Counted from the first letter of the stretch, positions 38,378 through 48,673 are shown. The stretch is DNA of 64,000 nucleotides from a virus (IMGVR_UViG_3300009103_001698:17937-81936); one strand, 5' to 3'. Numbers and translations are program-made. The notes: generated from the letters alone by a model not told the origin.

Positions 38378-38691
38378 TTATTTATGTAGACATCGATGAA
38401 ACGATTTGTGTAACGCCTAAAAACAGAAATTATGCAGCCGCAAAGCCAATCAAAGAAAACATTAAAAAAATTAATGAATTGTATGATAATGGTGATACAA
38501 TAGTTTATTGGACTGCCAGGGGATCCGGCAGTGGCAAAAATTGGCTTGCCGTAACAAAAAATCAATTGAACAGTTGGGGTGTTAAATATCACGATTGTAA
38601 AGTTGGTAAACCAATGTACGACTTATTTATTTGTGACAAGGCAATCAACTCACTAACATACTTCAAGGAGAAACAAAATGAAACTAAGTAA
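38374..38691 (+). CDS. small HAD-superfamily phosphatase
   Basis: VDIDETI, WTARG, GKP, CDK. Confidence 0.75.
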   Translation: MIIYVDIDETICVTPKNRNYAAAKPIKENIKKINELYDNGDTIVYWTARGSGSGKNWLAVTKNQLNSWGVKYHDCKVGKPMYDLFICDKAINSLTYFKEKQNETK

Positions 38692-38869
38692 CCAAGCACT
38701 AGGAGCACTAATGATGACACTACAAAAGTGTCTTCTAGAACAAACTGACATTACACAAAGTCTAAGAGATTTTGATTTTGTCAACACAGATGAAGGACTT
38801 TGGATTAAAAATCCGCCTATCGTCAAATTCAGTCGTAACGAAGAAGGTCTGGCTGAAGAGGAGGAATAA
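38678..38869 (+). CDS. hypothetical protein
   Basis: 63 aa with SD AAGGAG. Confidence 0.65.
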   Translation: MKLSNQALGALMMTLQKCLLEQTDITQSLRDFDFVNTDEGLWIKNPPIVKFSRNEEGLAEEEE

Positions 38870-39132
38870 TGCCTCTTTACGTTTATAAATGTGGAGCTTG
38901 TGGCGGAGAATTCCCCATTATGCACTCTATGAGAGTTAATGTAAATGTTTGCTCTTTATGTAAAGCTAGTGATAATCTCAGTCGAATACCTCAAACAGTT
39001 AGTTTTGGTAAACAAGAAACTACCGATGATGGTAAAAAGACAGGTGAAGTCGTTAAAGAGCATATAGAGCAAACACAAAAAGAAGTCAAAGAAGAAAAAG
39101 AGAAACTTAAATCTGAGGATTATAAACCATGA
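38869..39132 (+). CDS. FmdB-family zinc-ribbon protein
   Basis: MPLYVYKCGACG...CSLC. Confidence 0.75.
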   Translation: MPLYVYKCGACGGEFPIMHSMRVNVNVCSLCKASDNLSRIPQTVSFGKQETTDDGKKTGEVVKEHIEQTQKEVKEEKEKLKSEDYKP

Positions 39133-39446
39133 CGGTATTAATAGTCATAGCAGTGGTGATTATAATCTTATTTGTGAGTTTATCACTCACTCTAAACGTT
39201 TTGTTTCTTCGAAGGTTATTGGGGGTCTCGGACAATATGGACGAACTTCTCGAAGTACTAACGAGTTATACAAATCATTTAGAAGATGTTTATGGAATGG
39301 AAACATTTTATGGTGACAGCACTTTAAATGATCTATTACAACATTCAAAAGAAGTCGTGGATGACGTAAAATCATTTAACGATACATACGGAGGACGTCC
39401 TGGTGACAGCAGTGAAACCGAAACGCAAACGTCGCAAAAGGACTAA
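39129..39446 (+). CDS. membrane-anchored hypothetical protein
   Basis: N-terminal TM helix; YGMETFYGDSTL..L..H. Confidence 0.65.
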   Translation: MTVLIVIAVVIIILFVSLSLTLNVLFLRRLLGVSDNMDELLEVLTSYTNHLEDVYGMETFYGDSTLNDLLQHSKEVVDDVKSFNDTYGGRPGDSSETETQTSQKD

Positions 39447-40122
39447 AAATTATTATTTTACCCACATTCACGAGGAAGCGATAGTTGCGTATACTAAAAC
39501 AGAAGATAACACAGTAAGAACAAAACTTTATGTAGAACTAATCCAACCAGCTTTTAGCGAGATGGTTGATAAGATTACTTATACTTATAAATTTACAACC
39601 TTACCAAATATTGATTCATTACGAGAAGAGTGCAAGATCTGGCTTACAACGATCTTGGGCAAATACGATCCAAATAAAGGATCCAAAGCATTCTCTTATT
39701 TCAGTGTGATTACAAAGAACTGGTTCATTCACAAAGTGAAAAAGAATGGACAGAAGCGTCGTAGGGAGATTCACCTTGACGACGTTGCCAAAATAGTTGA
39801 GCAACAATACATCTCAACTAAACACGAATATGAACATAAGCGTGAGAAGGAAGAGTTTTGGAGCTTCTTGCTAGACCAATTAGCCGATTGGCAAGTAATA
39901 GAAGAAGAAAACAATCTGCTATCAAATGAAGTCAGGGTGATCAAAGCAATCCGCGAACTTCTCTCAGATCCCAAAGAGGTGGAGATCCTTAATAAAAAAG
40001 CAATCTACCTCTATCTCAGAGAGATTACTGGTCTCAATACAAAGCAGATTGCAAACTGTCTTAAAAAATTTAGAGTCAGATACGCTGTGTTCAAAAAGGA
40101 TTGGAACAAAGGTTTGCTTTAA
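39403..40122 (+). CDS. phage sigma factor (T4 gp55-like, region 2)
   Basis: NYYFT, KYDPNKGSKAFSYFSVITKN region-2-like motif; C-terminal helix LYLREITGLNTKQI. Confidence 0.7.
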   Translation: MTAVKPKRKRRKRTKNYYFTHIHEEAIVAYTKTEDNTVRTKLYVELIQPAFSEMVDKITYTYKFTTLPNIDSLREECKIWLTTILGKYDPNKGSKAFSYFSVITKNWFIHKVKKNGQKRRREIHLDDVAKIVEQQYISTKHEYEHKREKEEFWSFLLDQLADWQVIEEENNLLSNEVRVIKAIRELLSDPKEVEILNKKAIYLYLREITGLNTKQIANCLKKFRVRYAVFKKDWNKGLL

Positions 40123-40170
40123 TTTTTGTTTAGAAATCTATTTATAGAGACGAAAAAAGGATTTCTACCA

Positions 40171-40458
40171 ATGGACAAAGACAAACTTATTACCGAAGCC
40201 CTCGACAACATCCGAGAAGACCGCAAGAAGACCGAAAAACTCTTAACCGAACTCCAAGGTGAGTTTGCTACTGGGGAAGCCACACACGCCCGGGCAGGCG
40301 TCGTAGCGGCGAAGTATCTTGAGACACTACAAAGGTCCAACGAGCAACTCGTCAAAATCATTGCACAAATCAAAAAGAACAAAGACCAAGACGAAGATCT
40401 AACTCTCTCAAATGAGGAGACAGAGAATATCTTTGAGATGATTAAGGATACTGCGTAA
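40171..40458 (+). CDS. hypothetical protein (start moved from 40126)
   Basis: ATG 40171 preceded by AAGGA and by CTATTTATA at 40138-40146. Confidence 0.65.
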   Translation: MDKDKLITEALDNIREDRKKTEKLLTELQGEFATGEATHARAGVVAAKYLETLQRSNEQLVKIIAQIKKNKDQDEDLTLSNEETENIFEMIKDTA

Positions 40459-41123
40459 TGGCTGGAGTTAATCTTTTATATGTTTTACGAGAAATAGCAA
40501 CAGACTATCTTGCTAAGGGTAAAATTAGACCAACCGACTTCATTGGTTCGGTGGCTCGAATTATTACAGAAAGTGATAAGTCTTATAGCAATAAAGATCC
40601 ATTCTACGATCAGGAGATAGATGAACAAAGAATATTTAAAGGTGGTCATATTAAGGACGGCAAAAAAGCCAAGATAGCACACATACAAATACCAGACTTT
40701 TTTAGCGCCCCAGAATTAACTCTTAAATCAACACAAGATAAAAAACCTTTTAATGAGATAAACTCTTTGACATTATTGAAGGTCAATGTAACGGAAGTAA
40801 AAAACATACAGCGAGGTGACGGAGTAGTTGTCTCTTTTAAAGATCCGGGTAAATATGAAAAACCACACATCACAAAAAGAATTCCAGAAAAAGATGTAAT
40901 GGAATACCGAGTGAGAATACCGAAAGAAAAAAATAAGTTAATAAAAAAGAAAAAAGAATGTGGCTATGGCGATTTCATAAAGATTTTTTATAAAAATAAG
41001 AAGAAGGATTTCTTATCAGACTGGGATAAACAAACGACTGAGGTGTGGGAGGATACTAAAGCTTCCGGCGCAGAAGCAAAAGAAAAGACATATGATGAAT
41101 TTAAAAGGAAGTTCTGGGGTTAG
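40458..41123 (+). CDS. hypothetical protein, possibly baseplate hub OB-fold related
   Basis: Position before the spike-like gene; GDGVVVSF strand; weak. Confidence 0.4.
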   Translation: MAGVNLLYVLREIATDYLAKGKIRPTDFIGSVARIITESDKSYSNKDPFYDQEIDEQRIFKGGHIKDGKKAKIAHIQIPDFFSAPELTLKSTQDKKPFNEINSLTLLKVNVTEVKNIQRGDGVVVSFKDPGKYEKPHITKRIPEKDVMEYRVRIPKEKNKLIKKKKECGYGDFIKIFYKNKKKDFLSDWDKQTTEVWEDTKASGAEAKEKTYDEFKRKFWG

Positions 41124-41132
41124 GTAAAAACT

Positions 41133-42131
41133 ATGGCAATAGTAAAAAGAAGAGACAAACCGCGACTTTCAGAAGATCTTCAAAGACAACAAAAGGATCA
41201 CATAGAGCGCGGACAACATATTTATTCCAGAACTGGTATTTTGGGAGACGTCGGCTATAGAACTAAGCCGGTTTTCGTTGATAAGCCCAGCCGAAAAATA
41301 ATTGATGGGGTCGACAATGCAGCAGTAATTATCATCGACAATGACCCAACCTACTCAGCCGCCGGCGGTGATTTTGCTTCCAGAATACAAATTGTTGCGG
41401 GAGTGTCGGGTTCTCATTTAAGAGCAGACGAAACTGTTGATGATTTAACTCCGCTTCACGACGCCGCTGGAATTTACATCTCACAAAAGGGTGATCCTCA
41501 AATGATTTTCGGTGATGCTTCCCCTTTGGCTAATCCTGCATATGCTTTATTTGGTAATGCAGAGGATTTACCGGCAGAAGTAATCACCGATACTGTTAAA
41601 TCACATGTTACAACATGTGCCGATACAATTCAAATAATTGGTAAAAACGGCGGTGTTAACATTTATGCTGGCGGCGTTGGAGCAAAACTATCTACAGGAA
41701 TTCCGAATAGAGAATATATGGGTGTTAATTTAATTTATGGCAACAAAGCAGATTATGCTTATTCAGATTCTCCCTATAGTTTACAACCTTTGGTTAAGGG
41801 TCACAATTTAGAGAAGGCTCTTAGTGCTATTATAGAAAGAGTAGATGATTTAAACAATACTGTATTTGGCTTAATGTTAACAGTTGCTCAGCTGGAAATA
41901 AATGCTGCATTACATACGCATGTGGTCGTGGCTCCCCCTATTCTTCCGGTACCAATTGGATTAGCTGTTCCTTCTATTGAGATGGTTGTCGGCTCTGCCA
42001 TAAGAGCGCCCCAGCATGTGAAAACAGTATTGAAAAATATAACAACAGCAGTAAACAATGTGATTAGCGAAGTCAATCAATCTTCTCTAACCACAGCAGG
42101 AATTAATAGTAGATTTAATAAAACAAATTAG
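41133..42131 (+). CDS. putative baseplate central spike (gp5/gpV C-terminal-like) protein
   Basis: Beta-rich repeats (IYISQK, ADTIQIIG), QPLVKG, helix then HTH metal-binding tip motif and Pro-rich tail; upstream of gp25/gp6. Confidence 0.5.
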   Translation: MAIVKRRDKPRLSEDLQRQQKDHIERGQHIYSRTGILGDVGYRTKPVFVDKPSRKIIDGVDNAAVIIIDNDPTYSAAGGDFASRIQIVAGVSGSHLRADETVDDLTPLHDAAGIYISQKGDPQMIFGDASPLANPAYALFGNAEDLPAEVITDTVKSHVTTCADTIQIIGKNGGVNIYAGGVGAKLSTGIPNREYMGVNLIYGNKADYAYSDSPYSLQPLVKGHNLEKALSAIIERVDDLNNTVFGLMLTVAQLEINAALHTHVVVAPPILPVPIGLAVPSIEMVVGSAIRAPQHVKTVLKNITTAVNNVISEVNQSSLTTAGINSRFNKTN

Positions 42132-42142
42132 GTAACAAACAG

Positions 42143-43951
42143 ATGGCGAAGAAACCTACAGACGAACAAAAATTAAAAGAAAAAGAACAAAAGATAGAGT
42201 GCCAAGAAGAGTATGAGAAATTTCTTACTAATACAGTAGAAGTTGCCGAAGACATTTCAGACGTTGCCAAAACTGCTTATTCTACAGTTGCCACAGCATA
42301 TGCTGTTGGTGTTGATGTTGTTTCTGTATACAACAAAATAGCAAGCAGCCTTAATCAGGAAAAACCCCTCTGCTCGCCGGGAGACACTACTGGAGCGGAA
42401 GAACAAGGAGACTTTTTTGATTTATCGGATGAGATCAAGCGATGTTTAGGAAACCCATCAGGAGAATTCAACGGACAACCAACTGGCTGCCAATCAGAAA
42501 TTTGGGCATCAATAAAGGGCGCCGAATTTGATCTCGCCTCGATTTTGGATATTCTAGGACAACTAACCAAATCTAGAAGCATAACTCAATGTATTAGTCC
42601 TTATTACGACCGGTTTTTTAATCTTGTTCCATATCAATTTTATATCTCAAGAATGATCGAGGATACACTAGGCTCTACACTTAAAACCCTTATTGCCGCC
42701 CTGCCAGATGAGAACGATCCTTTTTATAAAGACATTCCGTGTGGCAGAGAGGAAATGATGAGGATTTTAAACGCAGGAATGGGTCCTGATCTCCCCCCTT
42801 TCCCTGAAATCCCAGCACTTCCTCCTATTCCATATATAAAAATACCAAGCCTTTTACAAATAATAAGAAACATTTTTATTGATTTTTTGTGCTGGTCTAT
42901 GTGTTGCCTGCTGAGTAACTTATTAAAAGCTAGCGTTTTAAAGATGAACGAGTTGGATAAATATCTTGTTGAGTTGGGAGATTTTGGTAGTGATACCATC
43001 GATCCCTCATTTTCCATAGATAAAAGATTTGGAAATCTGAAGAAAGTTAATTTAAATGATTTCGTCGACGATGAACTTCTAGAGGAAGCAAGACAAAATA
43101 GATACATTTCATCTTCTGCTACAATCTCTGAAATTAGGGATTATCTAGCGGTTGTTTCGAGCGAAGATACAAAAATAATTGAACAGAAGCATGTTATTTA
43201 TTTGTTAATGGGAGAAGCAGATTGTAAGAGAATGAATTTCTTATTGAGTCTGGATCCTTTGCATCCAACGCTTGAACTGAAAACAGATCAGCGTATTATA
43301 AACTTTTTTAAACTTTTAGGTCGAAGAATAAACATGTTTGATTTTATTGAACAATCGCAAGACGGTCTGTGCCGCCCAGATTTCTGTGTAGAGATGGATG
43401 CTGATATGATTGATAAATTTCAAAACTCTTTAAAAGATTTGTGCAATTTGATGAATCCAGAGTTTACAATGCCAGAAGTTCCATTGTTGTTGTTAATAAA
43501 AGCAACAGAAGCAGACAAAGCAATTATTGGCTCGATTGAAACCCAATCAGAAATGTTGTTTGAGCAAGCAAAAAGCGCTGTCGGCGTAGGCTCAAATAAT
43601 GTGGTAGCGAGATATCTATACCCTAATCCTAAAGATCCCAACGAAAAAAATGTCAATGCGGTTGAAATAGAAATATTAAAACAGTCTCCCGGAATTGTTA
43701 TAGAAGAAGAAAATGGAGAGGAATTTTTTAGAAATCGAACTTCTAAAGACGTTATAACGAAACTTTTTAAATCCAAAATCGCCGGCAAAACCTTAAAGGA
43801 TGTTGAAGATACTAATAATATGTTTTTGACAAAAAAAAGAATGATATCTTCTTCATATTTACGGGATCTTGAAGGAATTTATGAAGATGAAAAGATAAAA
43901 TTTCTAGAAACAAAAAAGAAGGATGCGCAAGATAATATAAAGGCGCCTTAA
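42143..43951 (+). CDS. hypothetical protein in baseplate module
   Basis: 602 aa, helical, Pro-rich central segment, several Cys. Confidence 0.6.
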   Translation: MAKKPTDEQKLKEKEQKIECQEEYEKFLTNTVEVAEDISDVAKTAYSTVATAYAVGVDVVSVYNKIASSLNQEKPLCSPGDTTGAEEQGDFFDLSDEIKRCLGNPSGEFNGQPTGCQSEIWASIKGAEFDLASILDILGQLTKSRSITQCISPYYDRFFNLVPYQFYISRMIEDTLGSTLKTLIAALPDENDPFYKDIPCGREEMMRILNAGMGPDLPPFPEIPALPPIPYIKIPSLLQIIRNIFIDFLCWSMCCLLSNLLKASVLKMNELDKYLVELGDFGSDTIDPSFSIDKRFGNLKKVNLNDFVDDELLEEARQNRYISSSATISEIRDYLAVVSSEDTKIIEQKHVIYLLMGEADCKRMNFLLSLDPLHPTLELKTDQRIINFFKLLGRRINMFDFIEQSQDGLCRPDFCVEMDADMIDKFQNSLKDLCNLMNPEFTMPEVPLLLLIKATEADKAIIGSIETQSEMLFEQAKSAVGVGSNNVVARYLYPNPKDPNEKNVNAVEIEILKQSPGIVIEEENGEEFFRNRTSKDVITKLFKSKIAGKTLKDVEDTNNMFLTKKRMISSSYLRDLEGIYEDEKIKFLETKKKDAQDNIKAP

Positions 43952-43960
43952 GGTCAACCC

Positions 43961-45079
43961 ATGATAGCATATGATATCTATTTAAAAACTGCATTTGAAC
44001 TTTTGATCAAAGAAAGAGTTCGCTCCTATTTGTTCCGGCTACCCGCCCTTGCGGCGCCGCCTAAAACAGTAGAAGAAATGTTTGAGTCTGTAGGACTCAT
44101 TTCAGAGGTACCACTAAAACCTAAAGACTGGAAAGAAGATTACGAAAAAGATATTAACAATGTAAAAGAATTTGCAGAAAATTATTATAACTCAATCATT
44201 GTACATCAAGATGCTGAACAAGATTTTTTAGAATGGAAGGAAATTTTAACTGAACAACAGAAATCCGCAAAGAAAATACCAACTAGTGGAGTTTCCAAAG
44301 ATGTTCCTGCCTCGGGATTGTCAATCAACATCGATCATTTCTCAGACTTTTACAATGCTGCCAGGAAAATATGGAATGATCAGATTTTAGGTTGGACATG
44401 GGATGACGATTTGGTAGAGTTGTATAGCAAGCTCATTTGGGGAAATAGCAAGATTGATGCAGATGATGAGGATACTAAACACACGGGTCAAATAGTAGAT
44501 CTTAAGCATTGTAGCATGAATTGGTATGCTGAAAATTTACCTACTGGTCATCTCACGGGAATTAGCACCGATAGTGAAGAAAAAAGGACTTTAAGACAGT
44601 GGATAGATGAAGAGGTGCAAGATGACCCACAAACTGTGTTCACAAATCATAGAAAAAAATTCAAAACCAAGTGTGACGCTAAAAAGAATAAAGCAGAAAA
44701 TTTTATGCTCTTTAAAGCTGTACAGATGAATCACAATGAGGCTTATTATAAATATGCAGCATGGCATCACAAAGTGTTAGTTACTGATGGATTTATTAAT
44801 AGTTTAATAGAAAGGAAAAGTTTAGATTTGTATTTATTCGCTGCCTACTGTCTTAAAACAGATTTTTCTATTTTTGACGAAGAGAAAACAAAAGAGCAGC
44901 TACAAAAGCAAGGAAAACACCACTTAAAAACTATGTTTAAACAAATTTATGAAGAAGACATGAAACAACTAATTACCAATACAACGGAACTTAACCCTGC
45001 TGTAATACCGAAATTAAAGGAATTTGATAATTTGATAGACTTCTCAATCTTCTCATTAATCAACGAGATGGACAAATAA
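43961..45079 (+). CDS. hypothetical protein in baseplate module
   Basis: 372-aa ORF between structural genes. Confidence 0.6.
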   Translation: MIAYDIYLKTAFELLIKERVRSYLFRLPALAAPPKTVEEMFESVGLISEVPLKPKDWKEDYEKDINNVKEFAENYYNSIIVHQDAEQDFLEWKEILTEQQKSAKKIPTSGVSKDVPASGLSINIDHFSDFYNAARKIWNDQILGWTWDDDLVELYSKLIWGNSKIDADDEDTKHTGQIVDLKHCSMNWYAENLPTGHLTGISTDSEEKRTLRQWIDEEVQDDPQTVFTNHRKKFKTKCDAKKNKAENFMLFKAVQMNHNEAYYKYAAWHHKVLVTDGFINSLIERKSLDLYLFAAYCLKTDFSIFDEEKTKEQLQKQGKHHLKTMFKQIYEEDMKQLITNTTELNPAVIPKLKEFDNLIDFSIFSLINEMDK

Positions 45080-45081
45080 CG

Positions 45082-45456
45082 ATGACAACGGGATACTCAG
45101 TAAAACTACCATTAACTTACGACGAAGAGGACGGACCTTATCGTTTAACAAAAACCCTACCAGAGACGGTAAAACAAAACTTTCGTAATTTGGTACTAAC
45201 AGTGCCAGGGGAGAAGGTTATGGATCCTGATTTTGGCGTTGGAATCCATAGACTATTGTTTGAAAATGAAAGCTCACAAGCAATCGCCATTTTTAAAGAA
45301 AGACTTTATGATCAAGTTAGTAGATATTTATCTTTTATTAAGATAATTACTGTTGACACGAGTATGGTTAATAACACATTACAAATATCAATTGAATATT
45401 ACATTTCCTCTCTCGGTGTTAATGACGCATTGTCTTTGAATGTGGATAAGGAATAA
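45082..45456 (+). CDS. baseplate wedge protein, gp25/GPW family
   Basis: KQNFRNLVLTVPGEKVMDPDFGVGIHRLLFE. Confidence 0.88.
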   Translation: MTTGYSVKLPLTYDEEDGPYRLTKTLPETVKQNFRNLVLTVPGEKVMDPDFGVGIHRLLFENESSQAIAIFKERLYDQVSRYLSFIKIITVDTSMVNNTLQISIEYYISSLGVNDALSLNVDKE

Positions 45457-45461
45457 AATAA

Positions 45462-47246
45462 ATGGCAAAGAAGACCCCACCGATCAATTACACAAGCAGA
45501 GATTTTGAAAGTATAAAAAACGATCTAATCAATTACGCAAAAGTATATTACCCAGAAACCTATAAGGATTTTAATGAAGCTTCTTTTGGTTCTTTGCTAT
45601 TTGATATGGTAGCGTATGTAGGTGACATTATTTCATTTTACACCGACTATCAAGTTAACGAAACCTTTATTGATTCAGCGATCGAAACGAAAAACATTTT
45701 AAGATTGGCAAAACAATTAGGCTACAAATACCCAGGCTCAGCATCGTCCAGTGGAATTTGTGCCTTCTATGTTGCTGTGCCGGCATCAGCTGGAACACCT
45801 GATACAACAGCGGTCCCAGTCTTAAAACAAGGAACTACGCTCTCATCAGACAGCGGGGCATCATTTATTCTTAATGAGGATATTGATTTCTCATCTTCGG
45901 ATACGCAAGTAGTAGTTGGAGAAGTTGATGCCAGTGGAACACCAACTAGTTTTGCTTATAAGGCTTATGGAGAAGTTATTTCTGGTCAATATGAAACAGA
46001 GTTTCTTACAATCGGTGAGTTCGAGAAGTTTATGAGAATTAAGCTCGGCGCTGACGATATTACTGAGATAGTTTCAGTTTTTGATGTCGACGGACATGAA
46101 TATTATGAGGTAGATTATCTATCGCAAAACATTGTTTATAAATCAGTTCGCAACAGGGTGAGCGGAGATAAAGAAAACGCTCCATACATCCTTCGTGAAA
46201 AAGTAGTTCCACGAAGGTTCACTGTCGAACACACGATAACTGGTGAAACTTATTTACAATTTGGCTATGGTTCCAACGAACAACTTCGTTCTGATGATTT
46301 TCCAGAGCCTTCAACTGCCGTCTTGGACATGCATGCCAAGAAATATTACAGCGATAGCTCTTTTGATCCCAACTTACTAATGAAGACAGAAAAGTTTGGA
46401 ATTGTTCCACCACCCGGCGCAATGGTCGTAACCTTTAGAAAGAATTCCACTTCAGACGTTAACGTTGCTATAGGGGCTATTGCCAACATTTCAAACCCAA
46501 TACTTGATTTCCCTTCTGGTATTATACCATCTACTGTCGTATCAATGAGGGATTCAATTGAGGTAAGCAACGAAGAGCCTATAACAGGACAAACAAAGGC
46601 AATAACTGTTGATGAATTAAGAGTTAGGGCAGTTGATGCATATGCCTCCCAAAACAGAGCAGTAACTAAACAAGATTATCTAAGTTTAATTTATAGGATG
46701 CCCGCTAGTTTTGGTTCAATCAAGCGAGCCAATATAGTTCAAGACAAAAACTCTTTCAAGAGAAATTTGAATTTATTTATAATTTCCGAAGACGAAAACG
46801 GCTTTTTAGCAGAAGCCTCACAGTCGCTAAAAGAGAACCTTAAAACTTGGCTAAACAAATATAAAATGATCAATGATACAATTGACATTTTAGATGGAAA
46901 AATAGCCAACATTGGTATTGAATTTGAGGTTGTAGGAAATCTAGATAAAAGTAAGATAGAGGTTTTAACAAGGGCAACAAACGCACTTAAGGTAGAATAT
47001 TCAAAGAGTTTTGCTTTTGGAACCCCGTTCTACGTTTCGGACGTTTATAGGGTTTTAAATGAACTACCAGAGGTTATAGACACTACCTCGGTTAAAATTG
47101 TTAATAAAAGAGGGACAGGTTATAGTACAACAAGTTATGATGTGTCAGCGAACACAACAGGCGATAAGAGGTTTATTAGAGTACCAGAAGATGTGGTTCT
47201 GGAAATAAGGTATCCCGATCAAGATATAATTGGAGCAGTGGTATAA
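45462..47246 (+). CDS. baseplate wedge protein, T4 gp6/gpJ-like
   Basis: YTSRDFESIK..L, DFNEASFG, LAKQLGY, LQFG.G, QNRAVTKQDY. Confidence 0.88.
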   Translation: MAKKTPPINYTSRDFESIKNDLINYAKVYYPETYKDFNEASFGSLLFDMVAYVGDIISFYTDYQVNETFIDSAIETKNILRLAKQLGYKYPGSASSSGICAFYVAVPASAGTPDTTAVPVLKQGTTLSSDSGASFILNEDIDFSSSDTQVVVGEVDASGTPTSFAYKAYGEVISGQYETEFLTIGEFEKFMRIKLGADDITEIVSVFDVDGHEYYEVDYLSQNIVYKSVRNRVSGDKENAPYILREKVVPRRFTVEHTITGETYLQFGYGSNEQLRSDDFPEPSTAVLDMHAKKYYSDSSFDPNLLMKTEKFGIVPPPGAMVVTFRKNSTSDVNVAIGAIANISNPILDFPSGIIPSTVVSMRDSIEVSNEEPITGQTKAITVDELRVRAVDAYASQNRAVTKQDYLSLIYRMPASFGSIKRANIVQDKNSFKRNLNLFIISEDENGFLAEASQSLKENLKTWLNKYKMINDTIDILDGKIANIGIEFEVVGNLDKSKIEVLTRATNALKVEYSKSFAFGTPFYVSDVYRVLNELPEVIDTTSVKIVNKRGTGYSTTSYDVSANTTGDKRFIRVPEDVVLEIRYPDQDIIGAVV

Positions 47247-48673
47247 TGGGAATTAAAAGATTTGTAGCAAACAAAGATACAACAATTACAAATGCTTATA
47301 AGGACGGCTTAACTATCGCCGCTAGTTCTTCTAATATGGGCGCCTCTGATATTTTGGAGGTATTCACAATTTACGCTCAAGCAAACACCGCTTCGAGAGA
47401 AGAAACCAGAACGTTGCTTGACTTTCCAATTTCTGACATTGCAACAGCAAGAACAGCAGAAGAAATTCCTGCTTCTGGGAGTGTTAGTTTTTATTTGAGA
47501 ATGTTTAACGCCGAACATGATATGACTCTTCCGACAGACTACACCCTCCAGATCGCACCGATTACGAAAAGTTGGGACGAAGGTTACGGACTAGACATGG
47601 ATAATTACACCGACTTGGGATATCCGTCAGGCATCGGGGCGTCTTGGACTTATGCTGCTTCTGGCTCAACTTGGGAAACAGCCGGCGGCGACATCAACGA
47701 CGGCACATTTAATTTTACTGCAAGTATCGGCGCAGACGGTACAGACGACGTGGAGGTGGACATCACTACACTAGTGGAGGCTTGGGTGGCATATGCTACT
47801 TCGGATCCCGCCGCACCACTTTCATTAGCTAATAATGGATTAGCTGTGAGATTTCCGCCACTGACTTCTTCCTTGAATCGCTCTTATTATACAAAGAGAT
47901 ACTTCGCCCGTGGAAGCGAGTTTTATCATAAGCGACCTATTGTTGAGGCAAGATGGGATAGCTCTACAAAAGATAATGCCGGCAATTTTTATGCTAGCAG
48001 TTCAATGATCGCAGACAATACAAACAAACTATATCTCTATAATGTTTTTAAGGGACAAAAACAAAACATCCCATATGTTGGTACAGGTGTGCTTGATATA
48101 AACCTTTATGCAAATCTAGGAAGCGCTTCTCTGGCATCAGCAACAGCTGGCTACGTTTCCACTGGTGTTTATTCAGCGTCAATCACCTTAGATAATACAG
48201 CCAGCGCAGTTTATGCAGTTTGGTCGACTGGAAGTACACAATTTCATACAAGTTCAGCTATTACGGTTAATGCACACAGTGCTTCAAATTATAATCCTAA
48301 TGAAACTTATGTTTCAAAGATAACAAATCTTAAATCAACTTATACTCACGCTGAGACAGCCCGGTTCAGAGTTTACGCTCGCCAAAAAGATTGGAGTCCA
48401 ACTATTTATACGGTAGCATCTGCCAACGTTGAAACTTCAATTGTAGAAGATGCCTATTTCAAAGTAGTAAGGTCTGCTGACGACTATGAGGTGATAGGGT
48501 TTGGGACAGGAAGCATTCAATACACTCTTATGTCATATGACTCACAGGGCAACTACTTTGACTTGGATATGTCAATGTTTCAGAAAGACTACGCATACGA
48601 AATTGTTTTAGCCTACCGGGTTAACGATAAGATCGTAGAACAGAAAGAAACATTCAAATTCAGGGTAGAGTAA
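47246..48673 (+). CDS. structural protein with DNRLRE/CBM96-like beta domain, rich in [ST]-[GAS]-S
   Basis: DTTI..N.G....LEV, RTLLDF, SWDEG.G, SW....W...GGD, DIT.LV..W, NNG pattern. Confidence 0.6.
   Translation: MGIKRFVANKDTTITNAYKDGLTIAASSSNMGASDILEVFTIYAQANTASREETRTLLDFPISDIATARTAEEIPASGSVSFYLRMFNAEHDMTLPTDYTLQIAPITKSWDEGYGLDMDNYTDLGYPSGIGASWTYAASGSTWETAGGDINDGTFNFTASIGADGTDDVEVDITTLVEAWVAYATSDPAAPLSLANNGLAVRFPPLTSSLNRSYYTKRYFARGSEFYHKRPIVEARWDSSTKDNAGNFYASSSMIADNTNKLYLYNVFKGQKQNIPYVGTGVLDINLYANLGSASLASATAGYVSTGVYSASITLDNTASAVYAVWSTGSTQFHTSSAITVNAHSASNYNPNETYVSKITNLKSTYTHAETARFRVYARQKDWSPTIYTVASANVETSIVEDAYFKVVRSADDYEVIGFGTGSIQYTLMSYDSQGNYFDLDMSMFQKDYAYEIVLAYRVNDKIVEQKETFKFRVE

Noticed and set aside
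17725-38691. Bacterial LPS/capsule locus or chimeric assembly
   Set aside because: No wzx/wzy/ABC export or priming transferase; genes overlap seamlessly with phage-type genes on both sides on the same strand
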